In this document: piece after piece, positions 1-14,941 of the stretch
Layout: every line of letters starts with the position of its first letter
Position numbering within the stretch: position 1 is the stretch's first letter
Source: the human T2T-CHM13v2.0 reference genome, Homo sapiens
Reading direction: 5' to 3' (one strand)
Assembly: GCF_009914755.1 (NCBI RefSeq)
Contig: NC_060947.1
Length of the DNA: 64,000 nucleotides
Made by a program: the position numbers and the translations under genes
Notes under the pieces: model-generated
Told to the model about the DNA's origin: nothing
What the model saw: the letters and a program-made list of their open reading frames with translations, nothing else
The model's database searches: none

Positions 1-264
1 GTTATCTCTAGGTCACGACCTAGGAAGAAAGGAGGTAATTGGATTTCTATCCCTTTACTTGAATCAGAGCTGGCAATAACATAAGGAATATATTCCCACA
101 TCAAATCAACTACCATTGGATTTTTCAGATTTATCCTTTTATGGGCAGGCTGAGGCTAATCCCTTGGAGGAAGGTTTGAATTGTTTAGCTCTTGCTGACA
201 ATAAGGTCATTTATAGACATTTATGATAAGTCCTCATCACACACACATTTGGTCAGTTGTAGTG

Positions 265-604
265 GAGTTGACTCTGTATCCACTGGGTTCCACATACCTG
301 GATTCAACCAACTGCAGATCAAAAATATTTGGAAAAAAATGGATGACTGCATCTGTACTGAACATGTACAGACTTTTTTCTCCTCATTATTCCCTAAACC
401 ATAGAATATAACTACTATTTACATAGTATTTACATTGTAATAAGTAATATAAGTTATCTAGAGAGAATTTAAGGTATGCAGGAGGATGTGATTAGGTTAT
501 ATGCAAATAACAGGCCATTTTATATCAGGGACTTGAGCATCCATGATTTTAGTATCTATGAGAGACCCTGAAATTAATCCTTTATGGATACCAACAAACA
601 ATTG
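265..604. mobile_element. MER2 (Tigger-family DNA transposon derivative)
   Basis: GTTGACTCTGTATCC...GGATTCAACCAACTGCAGAT...AGGTTATATGCAAATA...GGATACC. Confidence 0.8.
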
Positions 605-849
605 TACATTTTATTGTTCATGCTTCTATTCTTTGTCCATCAATGCCAGATCAAATTTCTTTGAACACTGTATTTACCACTCATTATCCTGCATAAGACT
701 CTAGAATTATTCCCTATTCCTTTAGAGCATCAAACTTAAAGTTCTCTGGAATGACTATTTAATCCTATTTTCAAACACAATAGCTCTCTGTTCTGGGTAA
801 GACTCACTAAGATTTCTCTGTTCCTTCTCATTCACATGCTCTTGATTGC

Positions 850-1071
850 CAGGGGTGTCCAATCTTTTGGCTTCCCTGGGCCATGCTGGAAGAAGAACTG
901 TCTTGGGCCACACATAAAATAACTAACACTAATGACAGCTGATGAGCTAAAAAAAAAAATCACAAAACAATCTCATAATGTTTTAAGAAAGTTTATGAAT
1001 TTGTGTTGGGCTGCATTCAAAGCGCTTCTGGGCTGCAGGTGGCCTTGCAGGCCACGTGTTGGACAAGCTTG
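850..1071. mobile_element. MER30 (hAT-Charlie)
   Basis: Termini CAGGGGTGTCCAA ... TTGGACAAGCTTG with an internal A-run. Confidence 0.85.
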
Positions 1072-4000
1072 ATTTACACCATTCATTCATTTACTTATGT
1101 GTTCCTACCATTCATTCATTTACTTATGTGTTCATACAACAAGTACTTATTAAGCTTCTACAATATGCCAGACTCTGAAAGAGACAGTGGGGAAATCAAA
1201 TAAAAATATTAATATCTATTCCCTGTCCACAAGGAAATGGATGACTGTACAAACTGGGAGAAAGATGCTGCAAACAAGAGAAGGGAAAGAGTTGATGGCT
1301 GCTGGTTAAAGGTTTCCAAGAGGGCCAAGTCTTGCAGCTGAGGCTTGAAGGATGTCCAGGGGTTTTTTGTTGCACAACAGTGGAAACTTCTTGGAAAGAA
1401 AGAAGTGAGCATGTGGAAGAATCTTCCATGGGCAGGGAATAGAACAATGTCGTATGCCAACATCAGAGAGGTTGAGAGGGCAAAAGATTAGGGAAACTGT
1501 GTTTTAGCATATAGACAGTTCCACAAGTATGGCAAAGATACGGAACAACAGGAAATTTCATGGAAAAGAAAACAGACCTCAAATTTATAATGCCATCCAA
1601 GAAAGAGGATTTAGAAAGAGTTTGAGGGATTTTGAAAACTAACAAGTTCATAAAGGTGTTAATTTCATTATGCTGTAAAATTTATTTATGAAAATTTTAG
1701 CTCATTCTACTTCCCTAAATTTTTTATTTAGAAAAGTATATTAAGGAAAAGAACCACTTTCATCTAAGGCTTAAAATGCATATGTCAAAAGCAGAACTTT
1801 CTGGTTATTTTTAAAACAAGTTAAACTTATTAATCTGGTGTTTATCCTATTGACTGATTTTAAAATTTTTTAATGAATGCATTTTCATTTCTAGTAGGTT
1901 CTTTATCACATCTCCCTTTTCTTATTGAATTTCTCTCTGTTCCTATTACAAAAACACGATTCTCTTCTCCATAATCTCAAAACAACTAAACTTACTTATT
2001 CTTAAGCTCTTTTGAGAAAAGGCAATTCTGTATTTCCCTGTGCTTGTTGACTATTTCTCAAGGATCTGATTTTATCTTTGTCTTGTAATTTTTGTCTGAC
2101 AGCTCATACGATGTAAACTTTGTTCCCTGTGCTGTGATTTGGGGATTGACATAGCCCAGCCAGATAAGAAGCATATTCTGAGGTTAGGGCGTGAGGTTCT
2201 TTTCCCAAAGAAGACGCTCCCACAAGGCACTCGTGTGCAACAGAGGCACAGATCCTAGTTTGACTCAGTGCCTCTGCTTCCTTCCATGAGAGTTCTGTGT
2301 CTGGCTTCAATTCCAGAGAAGATGTCAGGTTCCCTTTGAGTCCAGTCTATGCATGGGGGTCTTGGCCTCCAGGTGTACAAGGCTCTTGCCACATGTGATG
2401 TTCACTTCCCTATGTGTCCACTGAAGTCACCATTGCCCCATGTCATCTCCACTTCTTGGGAGTAGCCCAGTGTCAGTCTTCTCTCACCACTCTACACTTT
2501 CTTTCATTTCCGGTCCTTGGAGGCTTTCCACATATGTTTATGCTTGGTTATGTATTCACTAAAATACATTTTAAAATATTTTATCTGTAATTCTCATGTG
2601 TTCAAACTTCAGAGGAAGGCTTTGTGCACATTTCATCTGGACTGGAAAACCAACAAGAAACCTTCAATTCTGTCTTGGAATCACTCAAAACATTTCAAAT
2701 ATGACAATTTTAAAGGGGAAGAATAACTTTTTCACTTAAAGAATGGGATACAAGAGGCTGAAGAGTCAGAGAATGAACTAGACACAGTGATTTATGTACA
2801 ACTTGATCTTATGCTTGCATCAAAGAAAAACTTGCTTTTAACAACAACAACAACAACAACAAAAGCCAAAGTTTTTTTTTTTTATTGTTTGGATTAAATG
2901 AATCGCAACTGCTAATCACTTTATGGTCAGAGACTAGAGGATGATTTTGAAGCATCCCATTCTTCAATGTCCTTGATATAGACATAACCATTATAACGTA
3001 TATTTGTCAACTTTTTTGGTATGTTAATACTAGGGGATACTTTTCTTTTTGGCTGACCCTTCACAGCAGGAAATTTCTAGGGAAATACATCATCTAACTG
3101 TTTACAGTTCAATTGTCATAAGTATGACTTTTCTAAAGTTAGTCAGCAAAAGAGGGCCAAAGAAATGCAATCCAACACATTGAGATTTTACAAACATCTG
3201 CTTGCTTCCCCCTCCCTTTATTAAGTATACATCATGCATCAAATCTGTTTTTAATCAACTAATACATAGACTAAAGCCTGTGGTTTAAACACATTGACCT
3301 ATCCAGATCCTTTGGGGTTATTCAAATTTAAATAGTACAAGTGTTACTGAAGTCTGCAAAGAATTACCGAGTCAGTTAGAAGCATAATAAAGGGAAATTA
3401 AGCTGGGAGAGAGACTTGTTTCCAAGTGGTACCAAAGGGGCTGACAACACCTTTGAAGGGAACCTGGGTAATGGGAAGATAACAAAATCCAGTCCTTAAT
3501 GAGCCATGCACCCATAAGCTTCCACTACAGGGACTTCTCTGAAGATTTTCTGGAAATTAACTCTATCACTAACATCCTGTGTGGTAGTGGTCAGCAGTCT
3601 CCATAATCTCTTGATTTTGATTGTGACTTGTGCAAAACAGAGATCATACTTTTCCATATAAAAGTCATGGGATTAAGTAGATATCAGTTTCTATACTGCC
3701 CTATGGATATCTAAAAAAATTCTACAGAGCACAAGAAAAATTGGTTTTAGTTTCCTGTTCTCACCTTGAAAACATCAATATATTGACATCTCCTTACTCA
3801 AGGCAAGTTTTGTAGAAATCCAAGGAGTCAGTGACCACATATGAAGAGGGAGGAGACCGGGACTACCATCCCAGCTGGACTCTCTTCGGCAAATGACTGG
3901 ATGTGTCTTGGGCTCAGTTTTCCCATCCATAATGTATGGATAATGATAAATCTACCTATCTATACTATTGTTAAGATCAAATGAGAAAATGAACACATTC

Positions 4001-4074
4001 ACCAGAGAACTACATGAATGTCTGTTGAAATTATGAATTAGAAGATGGAACATTTAGTTTGGACACAGTTCCAG

Positions 4075-4510
4075 ACACTAGAAGGGCCCAACCCTGTGCC
4101 TCTGGGAGGCACCATTCTCCAGCTTGCTCATGGCTTTTTCCTGCAAGCACCTGTGCCTTTTCACCCCAGGGCCTTACCTGGCTTCAGGCAAGGCAGGTGC
4201 TGGGGAGAGTAAGAAGAAGCTGATGTTCCTAGGAGCAGCCCTCAAGTGGCAATTACTGGCAATTGGTGGATATGCAGCCCAGCTTTTTCACCTCCTGGGT
4301 GGAACCACTCTGAGCCTCTGTCTACAAAATCTCCCACAGGGCGCAATTGGGAGGCAGCACATGGGTCCACAGCAACAACCTGCTCATTAACCCTCTTTCC
4401 TCTTCAATCTCTTCCCTGTTTGCATCCCCTCTCCCTCCAGGTGCTTCCTGGATCACCTCCCAATTCAAATTCTGAGTCAGAGTCTGCTTCTGGGAGAACT
4501 CATCTACGAT
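4075..4510. mobile_element. Old ERVL LTR relic (LTR16-like)
   Basis: Ends ...CCTGGATCACCTCCCAAT...CAGAGTCTGCTTCTGGGAGAAC. Confidence 0.45.
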
Positions 4511-4689
4511 CATCTCCATAGACCACCTAACCCATTTTTGCGTATGCCTTTCTGTGAGGAAGAGCCAAATCAGAAAATATTTTATTGCTTTAGAAAGACA
4601 TTTGCAAATACAAGAGGTTTTCTCTCTTTCCCCATCTTTCCTCTTTCTGCTTTTCCTAGAGGTCACATATCCTCCAAATTCCAGGCTGT

Positions 4690-5215
4690 AGATCAGCAGT
4701 ATCAATAGAAACCTAATGTGAGCCACAAATGTGAGTCACATTTCAAATTTTTCTAGTAGTCACATTAAAAAAAATAGAACCAAGAAAAGTTAATTTTAAT
4801 AAAATTGTCATTTCCACCTGCAATCAATATTTGAAAACTGATGAGATATTTTATATTTTGTTCTTTCTTTTTACTAAGTCTTTGGAATCTGATATGTTTT
4901 ACACTTATGACACATCTCAACTCAAACCAGCCCCATTTCAAACACTTGGGAGCTACATCTGGCTGGTGGCTACCTCACTGGTCTAGAACAGGGGGTGGCA
5001 AACTTGCTATAAAAGATCGTGTAGTAAATATTTCAGGCTTTATTGGCCATATGTTCTTGGACACAATGACTCAATTCTGCTGCTGTTTTAGCATGAAAGC
5101 AGCCATAGATAACATGTAAACGAGTGGATAGGACTGTGTTCAATGAAACTTTATTTACCAAAACAAGTGGTGAGTGAGATTTGACCCACAACTGTTGTTT
5201 GCCACGCCCCCAGCC
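4690..5215. mobile_element. MER33-like relic followed by MER58A-like relic (hAT)
   Basis: TGTGAGCCACA..TTTTTCTAGTAGTCACATT..GGTGGCTACC; then CAGGGGGTGGCAAACT...AAACTTTATTTAC...GTTTGCCAC. Confidence 0.7.
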
Positions 5216-5469
5216 TAGAAGGTAAAACTCAAAATGATAATATTGTCTGGGCCACTGATAAACATCTGCTTCTGTTAAACACTAACATTTGTCCCAAACT
5301 TTTTGTGTAAGTCTGAAATAGATGCCACTCAATGAACCTCTAGGAAGAATTCTTTCTGTACAAGATGCTAAGAGCACTTTCACTTATGGGCAGAAAGCTT
5401 AGCTTGACAGAACCCACAATAATCTGAAGAAAATTAAACAGCATTTTGACTCGTAGATATTCTAATTTA

Positions 5470-5665
5470 AGGAGCATAATGGTTAAGTACACAGAACCTG
5501 GTGCCAGTCTGCCTGGTTTGAAGTCCTAGCTCTGAGACCTTCAACAAGTTCTTAACCTCTGTGCCTCAGTTTCCTCATGGGGCTGTCAAGATGATTAGAG
5601 GAGGAGATACATGGAAGCCCTAGGAAGAGTACCTGGCTCACGATGTGTTGTATCGGTGCTTGTTA
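5470..5665 (+). mobile_element. MIR relic (one of several, e.g. ~3850-3990, ~30630-30840, ~34020-34160)
   Basis: GCATAATGGTTAAG...CTTAACCTCTGTGCCTCAGTTTCCTCAT MIR core. Confidence 0.7.
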
Positions 5666-8600
5666 AATAAAATAAAAAACTTGTTTTTCAAGTTTCGAGT
5701 TTAGACTGATTTTTAAAAAAAGCTTAATTTGTAACACTTATACCACAACCAAATTAAAAGCATGCCCATACAGTTAATAAAATATTTAAACCACCACCAA
5801 ATTAAAAGCATGCCCACACATTTCATAAATGATTTGTTCTGTAGATTTTCAATTTAGTAGTACATAGCTACAAGAATATATTTCCCCCTAAGATTACATT
5901 TTCCAAAAACACTGAATCCTATTTGCTCAGCTTTCTCATGATGTGATTATTGTCAGAATTCCCATCTGGACTGCGGGTCCCTGTTTTAGACTAAGTGTAC
6001 ATATTTCTAAAATGTTGTGCAATGTCCTAAATCTCAATGAATGCTAATGCTACTATTTGTTGTCATCTCGTCCATGAAGCCCTTCTCATCTGTTAGTTTG
6101 AATGGGCAACTCCCTTTCCTTTCGTGGTCAGTATTACTCATACCTCTTTTCCTCTACTTTCCCCACTCCTGTGCTGTGCTCCTGCCATTGTGAACAAGCT
6201 GTTTTATGGATCCAGGCTTGTTTCTGGGTCTGAGCATGGGCGCAGTCTCTTCCCTTTGCCTGGAATGCATGTGTGTAGCAGAAAATTCTACCAGCAAAAA
6301 GAGAGTATAATAAAGCCACAGGATGTATTGAGTACTTGCTGTATACCCATCATTGCTTAGTCCCTTCCCACCGTACACCCTTAAATATGCAATGATATTT
6401 CCAATTAGCATGGAAAACTGAATATTCACCGGACAACCCTTCTGAAATCCAATGTAGTAAATCAACTGATTAGTTAATTTAACAACTAGTGTAGATAGTT
6501 AAGACAATGTCTTCTCTCAGCTTTGCTAAACAACAGAAGTCTTCCATGCTTTCAGGCTTTTCTCATTGGTACCGTTGAGTCTGACCCCAAGAAGAGGGCC
6601 TTGAGAGTTTAGAAGAATTTTTGAGGAATGTTATATAACACTGTCCAGAGCACAGGATTCCTGTGAAGGCAAATATAACATTATCAAACAAATTTTTCCA
6701 AACCGGGATTTATAAAAATAGAGAGATGCTATAGCAATTATCACTAACACATCAACTTCAAGTTCCATCTAAACCCAAAGTCAAGTTGCTCCCAGCCTTA
6801 ATTCATTACCTTTTCCCCAAGTGATTTTTTCATAGTGCTCTTATTCTGTGAGGTTTACGACTTGGTGGCATTCAATACTACCCTCCCACCACTACCACCA
6901 AAGAAAAGAAATACAAATAATTCAAAATGGTCCTTATAAAAGGCAAGGATACCTGTGGGCAGATTTAGTTTCTTAATATTAAGCCAAGGATTGGGTATAG
7001 GTCAAATTTGTGGAAGGCAAAGTTATAAAACATGTGTTGCTTAAAGAATGAGGCTTCCTTACATACTTTATGCAAAAAGGGTGATTAATTTTTCTTATAA
7101 TTTTTATTTTTAATGCACACATTTTGGATGCATCTTCACAGAGCCACAGTCAACCTCCTTCATGTTAGGTAGTTTTTAGTAAGGCTTATTTGAGCTGATA
7201 ATTGAACAATTCATGTTGGGACAGCTGATTTTACACCAATCTCAATATGAGCCTTTAGGCATGGATAGGGACACCAGCAGAGAATAGTAAATCCAACTTA
7301 ACAGATGAGCTTTGTACTTCTACATACAGTGATACCCAATCAAATAGCAAGGGAAGCAGACAAATGCCCCTAATTTTAGCCTTTGGAGACCTGAACCTAA
7401 GAGTCAGGTTGCAGGGAATTAATGACTTGTCATTGAGCACTACTATTAAAATGTATGCTTGAAACAGGAGATTTCAGTAATTCCTTTTGGGTTTGCCCAG
7501 GACTTAAAGAATGCTTGCTCTTATTCCGAAGTCAATACTTCAGAATGTCTTTAAAGTACAATATTAGGTCTGGATACCTTTCAAGGCAAACACAGATCTG
7601 GCTTGTTTCATTCCATAATATTCAGAGTGACATTCAGCAACTGTATTCGGAGCCCTGGCACCCAACACCACCACTCCAGCGTGATCAGGATATGGACACG
7701 TCAAGTGCCACGACCCATATATTTTCTTCTAAGAAACTTTAATCACAATAGTTAATATGAAAACACACCCATATTAACACATGCCACTTGTATAAAAGCA
7801 TAAATTCTTTATATGTAACTAAATTTTAAAGATGTTTTAATTGCACTGCAGGAGGCTGAGACTATCTTCAGGTTTGACTCGACAGACCGCAAATACATGT
7901 AATTTAGGTTGTTTTAATTTTTTAATGCATTTTTTTCATTGGTTATAATAGCTACCATTTCCAAATGCCCTGGCAAGACAGGCCGCCGAGGGAACTTCAA
8001 AAACCTAATAAAATACAATCTGCATATAAATTTAAGTCTAGTATTCCATGGACTACAATTTAAGTCATTTTGATATGTGATACAGTGTTTACCTTGTCAG
8101 GTTTTATTTGAAATTTCTATATTAACACCACAGAATCTGTTCCATATATTTATAAATTCCATCATTAGGAGTTCAGTGTTTATTTTTCTAACCTGGTAGT
8201 CAATAACATACAGAGAACAACTTTTAAATACTGTGTATGGTCTAGAAGAGCTTTTATTTTAATGGAGATAAATAGGTATCTTAGTATAGTTCTATTCATT
8301 TAGTTATAATTTTAGCAGATCCAATGACGACTAGTTATTTCCAGGTATTAGAGATGTGAATGGCCTTTTTTATTCACTCCTCCTCCCCAGCCCCATTTCT
8401 GCCTATAATAAGAGAGGTGAGCAAATGACCAATAAATACATTTGTTGGTTTTGAGAATGGATATCACATGAAGCTATATTACTAGAATCCTTTCAAATTC
8501 TCTAACTTAAAAACAATGATCTCAGTTGCAAAATTTATGCCTGCAGAAAAATGCTTCTAAGAATAAGTCTATAACTTTTATCAGCAGGACATAAAGGAAG

Positions 8601-8755
8601 CATTTTGTAAGACTATAACACAGCTAGAAGAGCTGTGGATGGTCCAATTGGGCAACTCTCTGGCAGCCCTCTCTGCTCATTTGCCCTTGTTCAACTTCTG
8701 AATCCTTCTCAACACAGTACTCTGGGCTGCCATAGCAATATCAAAAGAGGCCACA

Positions 8756-9106
8756 GGCAGGGCACTGTGGTTCATGCCTGTAATCCCAACACTTTGGGAT
8801 GCCAAGGCGGGAGGATTGCTTTAAACCAGGAGTTCAAGACCAGCCTGGGCAACATAGTGAGACCCCCATCTCTACAAAAACTTTTTTAAAAATTAAAAAT
8901 TAATATTAAGCCAAGGATTGGGTACAGGTCAAATTTGTAGACTACAGCTGGTACACATCTGTAATCCCAGTTACTCAGGAGGCTGAGGAGGGAGGATTGC
9001 TTGAGCCTGGGAGTTCAACACTTCAGTGAGTTATGATTGCACCACTGGACTCCAGCCTGGGGGACAGAAAGAGGCCCTGTCTTTTAAAATAAATAAATAA
9101 ATAAAA
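8756..9106 (+). mobile_element. Alu (AluJ-like) with an internal non-Alu insert
   Basis: Dimeric Alu; TSD CAAAAGAGGC on both sides; interrupted at 8900-8950. Confidence 0.92.
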
Positions 9107-9178
9107 CAAAAGAGGCAATCTACTTGCCAGTTAAGAATTACATGGTGAGGAGGATATTGTAGAACAGACTAATAGTAG

Positions 9179-9820
<642 letters not shown>

Positions 9821-9855
9821 TTATTTAAAAAACAACCTTCTCTTTTTAATAATCC

Positions 9856-9915
9856 AAGAAAGAAAGAAAGAAAGGAAAGAAAGAAAGAAAGAAAGAAAGA
9901 AAAAGAAAGAAAGAA

Positions 9916-9959
<44 letters not shown>

Positions 9960-9972
9960 GAAAGAAAAGAAA
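9856..9972. repeat. (GAAA)n purine microsatellite
   Basis: Directly visible, about 115 bp of purine-only sequence. Confidence 0.97.
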
Positions 9973-11639
9973 TCCCTGGTATCCATGTGGATGGTAAAAA
10001 AAAAAAAAACAGTCCATGTAGTTTTTAATTAATTTATACATAACATTTTTTTTCTGTTGCTCCAAGCCATTTTAAAATTTCAATATAATTCAATTAACTT
10101 AACATTTTCAACACCTACTATGGGAGTGTAGGAGGATGCCTCAAATTCCAATCCTTCAGGTACTCAAAATTCTAAAGACTCTTTTTGTTAACCACCAAAA
10201 TAAATTTTAACTCAGAAAAAAATTATAGATAAGATGTCTTAAATTATGGATAAAATGCAATGATTGAATAAATTCCTGTTTTATTTGTGTCTTTTGTCCA
10301 GGAAAGCAGGAGCTTCAAACTGAGGAAGAGTAAGAAATGACAATCTTCAATTGTATCAAGGTTGCTATAGCAAAAACATGGTCAAAAGTGAGTAAGGAAG
10401 GCACAGCATGAGGATTAGTTAGTTCCTACCACTCTGCAAATAAATATATAAAGCATTGAGTTTTAAGTGCCGACTGGATAAGGAATTACTCATTGATTGC
10501 TATCTTCCTCAATTCTATTATCCTGGTCTTTTTTTTTTTCCTCAATCATAAAATACACCTTAAAAGGCAGGCAGGGAGGGTGTAGAGCACTAGATAATTA
10601 ATGTCTATAAAATCCCCTGATACTGATGGATGTCATACATGTTGTCTGTATAGGCCCCTTCAAGCTTTACTTCCTCCATCACTCAGGGATTGAATAATTT
10701 TGATCTTATCCCCTTTCTTCCATCTTAAGTAGATGATAACATTGCCAGATACTCACTAATGAACATGTTCTGGTCTTCCTACTTCAACAGGGTTTTAACT
10801 GATACCATCAAACATTTTTACCAGACCTGAATGTCAAATTAGTCTCATAGTGGATGCTTAGCCTTGGATGGATGAAAATACATTTTTGTTTTTCAGATAC
10901 TGTAGGAAAACCAAATCTTTTTCTAAGCCAGCACCACGCATCCTGCAGGTACTTCATGTCAGTTAAACTCAATATATTAAACATATTTGAAGCTAAAATA
11001 GTTGAAAGTCTTTGATCTAATAATTTTGAATAGATAAGTATGATTTCCTTTTTTTCTATAGGAATTTATCTTCTGAATTTTTTAGGTTTTAGAGGAAAAT
11101 GCCCTTTTCTGGACCAGCTGCTGAAAATGATTATTAAAATTCAATACATGATCAGCTTTGTTCTTGAATTGTGGCATTCAAAGGAAAGGTTCGTAGCTTT
11201 CACAATACTCATATCCCCACATGTGTGGTACAAAAAAATATTTAAGGCCAAGGGAGGTCACACTCTTTGGCTCAAAAAAATAGATTAAAATTCCATTCCA
11301 TCCAAAGTGGGTACGATCTGTCAGGAATTTACAAAATCAATATTATGTAAGAGAATTCCCCATTTGGGACATCCTACAGAATCAAAGAAGAATATGAAAG
11401 CATGCCATTGTTTTTCAGCTCTGAACCTTCAAAAACAGACCCTTGCCTAAGTTTTGAAGTTTGAATCTCAAATTCTTAAAATTCATTGCATCCTTTGTCC
11501 CTGACTTCATCATCTTTACTCAGCCATTTCCTCAACCTTTAGTAGGACCGACACTGCCTTTGTCTATTCAAGATGATTTCGACTGAGTTGAAAGAAATGT
11601 GGAAATCATGGAAGGAAAGAAGATGAGGAGTGTCTACTA

Positions 11640-11803
11640 GGGGAGTAGTTCCCATTCTGGCCTACACATGGCAATCACCTGGATCTATCCTCCCTTCCCA
11701 ACCGGAGAGTATAAATAACTTCGCCTGAGTGAGGTCCAGGGAGCAGGATTTGTGAAAGCTACCCAGGAGATTCCAATGTGCATCCAAGTTCGAGAACCAT
11801 TGC
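11640..11803. mobile_element. MER5A-like relic
   Basis: GCAATCACCTGG ... CCCAGGAGATTCCAATGTGCATCCAAGTTCGAGAACCATTG. Confidence 0.6.
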
Positions 11804-12406
11804 TCAAAATGGAGAAACAGGTTCTGTGATACAGTGAAGGAAAATCAATAATTTATTCAATTTACTACTTTTATACTTTAGGATTTATTCAGAATAAAAA
11901 TATATTTGTAATGCAGCTTATATGTATATAACAAGTACAGGAATAAAATTATATATAGATGTATGTAGAAGTATAAATTTATGTGATTTTATCATAGAAA
12001 ATCCCAGCAACTTTATTAAAACAGTGCTTAGCGGGGAAACACTGATTGTTGCTGTTAAGGAATTTAGAGGACTTTTTATACTTGAAAATATAAGGGAATG
12101 CTTTCTTGCATTCGAGTATTCCCAATGCCTAAAAAGAGCTACTGAATGGTCACCTCAATTTCTAATTTGCCAAAGCATTTGTATACAAATTTGGTCTGTT
12201 GACCTTAACAGTAGTTACTTTCACCAGAAACACAACAGAAGTGTACTACAGATGTTTATCATTCAACAATATTTTAACACATTTAACTTAAATATTTAGG
12301 AAAAACATTAAAAAAATTCTGACGACAAAAGAATAGATTTACAGCTCTATTCACTTTCAAACGTCAACTCAGGCAAGAGCATTGCCCTGAAGCCTTGTGT
12401 AGTCTA

Positions 12407-12841
<435 letters not shown>

Positions 12842-14485
12842 CTAGAAAGTGATTTAATTTGCTGTGTTTTACAAAAAATATTTACTAAGGCATTTTCCCA
12901 ATAGCATTCATTTGTTTATACATGACTAAAGACAATTTATGGGTCACTGTATTTTGGAAGTGAACTAGCTCTCAGTTCCCTGAACTATATTTGAGTTTAC
13001 ATATACAACGTGTTGCTAAAGCGGAAGTCAAATAATAAATGTTACTTTCAAAAACTTTTAAAAACCAAGCCATTTGCTTTTAATCCAGTGAGAGAAAACT
13101 GTCCAATACTCAGAAGTGGAAGGAGACTTGCCAGTTATAACAATTACAAATTGCAAAGTCTCATCTTTTCTGTAGAATCTAGAAGGTAGACCAGGAGTTC
13201 TCAAAATGTAGCTTGGCCCAACCACAGCAGTCACCTGGGGAGCCGGTTAAAAATACAAATTGTTGGGCACCTTCCCCTGGGAAAACAGAAAGAGAGGAAA
13301 AGCTAAGTAGGAAGTAAGCAATTGCTCTGCTTCTCTCCCCACTTTCCCTTTCTTGTGGACATTTTGTTATCTTATTACTTACTAAGGCTTTGTAATCAGG
13401 TCCCATTCTTGGGCCTTTCCCGAGTTCCTTCAGTCTCTACTGCGGAACAGGAAGCAGAACTGAAGAGAGAGCTAGAGAAGGTGTAAGGGGGTTATGAGCC
13501 AATGTCATGCCACACAGAAGGTTCAGGCATGGATGCTGCACCTCGATCAGCTGTGCTTTTTAACCCATCTGACTGGCAGTTCTAAATTGCTTTTTCTAAT
13601 AAAAATGAAGATAGAACTCAGATGTTCACAACGTGCCCTCTCTCACACGCAAAAAAACAGTCATGCTGAAGTTGCTCCCAGTGTATTCTTGATTACTTAT
13701 AAACGTCGTTCTTAAAAAAAAAAATTAAGTGGTATTGAAAGGGGGAGAGGGCAACCAGCCAGCAGAGGATCCAGACTCATCTGTTTATGATGAAAAAATA
13801 ATGCCCCCCCAACCATTGGTTGGACTCAGTGTACCTCTTCAAAATTCAAAATTCAGCTTGACAGAAAATATATAAAGCTGAAAACAAACATGTTAAACTT
13901 TGCTCTCAGGACTTTTTAGTGTGACTTTTATAATTTGATTTCCAAATGTCTGTGACCTTCGTCTATCACTGTGATAGGACACTCTGGGGAGGCAGTGTCA
14001 CATGACATCAGACAGCTTAATAATTAAATGGTGATAGTAAATCACAAAGAGGACTTTTGGCCTTCCACAACTGTTATCTTTCTCCAGTGTGCTGTTTTTA
14101 TTTGAATAAAGTGTCACTGATACAGGTAATGAACAAATTCTCAAATCGAATGCATTTACTATAATTAAAGGCAGACTTTAGCACTGTGCAATTTTGACTG
14201 CAAGTGAGTTTCCCACCAGAACATGTTCTATCCAAACAATTATAATAAAACAGTGGCTTCATATGTACATATTCCATCAGCAATGGCATTCTTTTTCACA
14301 GCTTTAACTCCATCCTCTGTCCTGACACGATTCAGATTTTGATCTCAGATCTCAACTCTGACCTAAGCTTTAGTCTCTCACTATCAGTTCAATACCAACT
14401 TTCAGCTTTGCTGGTCCCCTGTTATTTTAAACTCAACTGTCTTAAATGCATCATCTGTTCCTTTGAAATTTCTCCCCACCTTCCC

Positions 14486-14941
<456 letters not shown>

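Noticed and set aside
7751-7778. 9-bp inverted repeat GTTAATATG/CATATTAAC, and an imperfect palindrome at ~42766-42787
   Set aside because: Short enough to occur by chance in 64 kb of AT-rich DNA.
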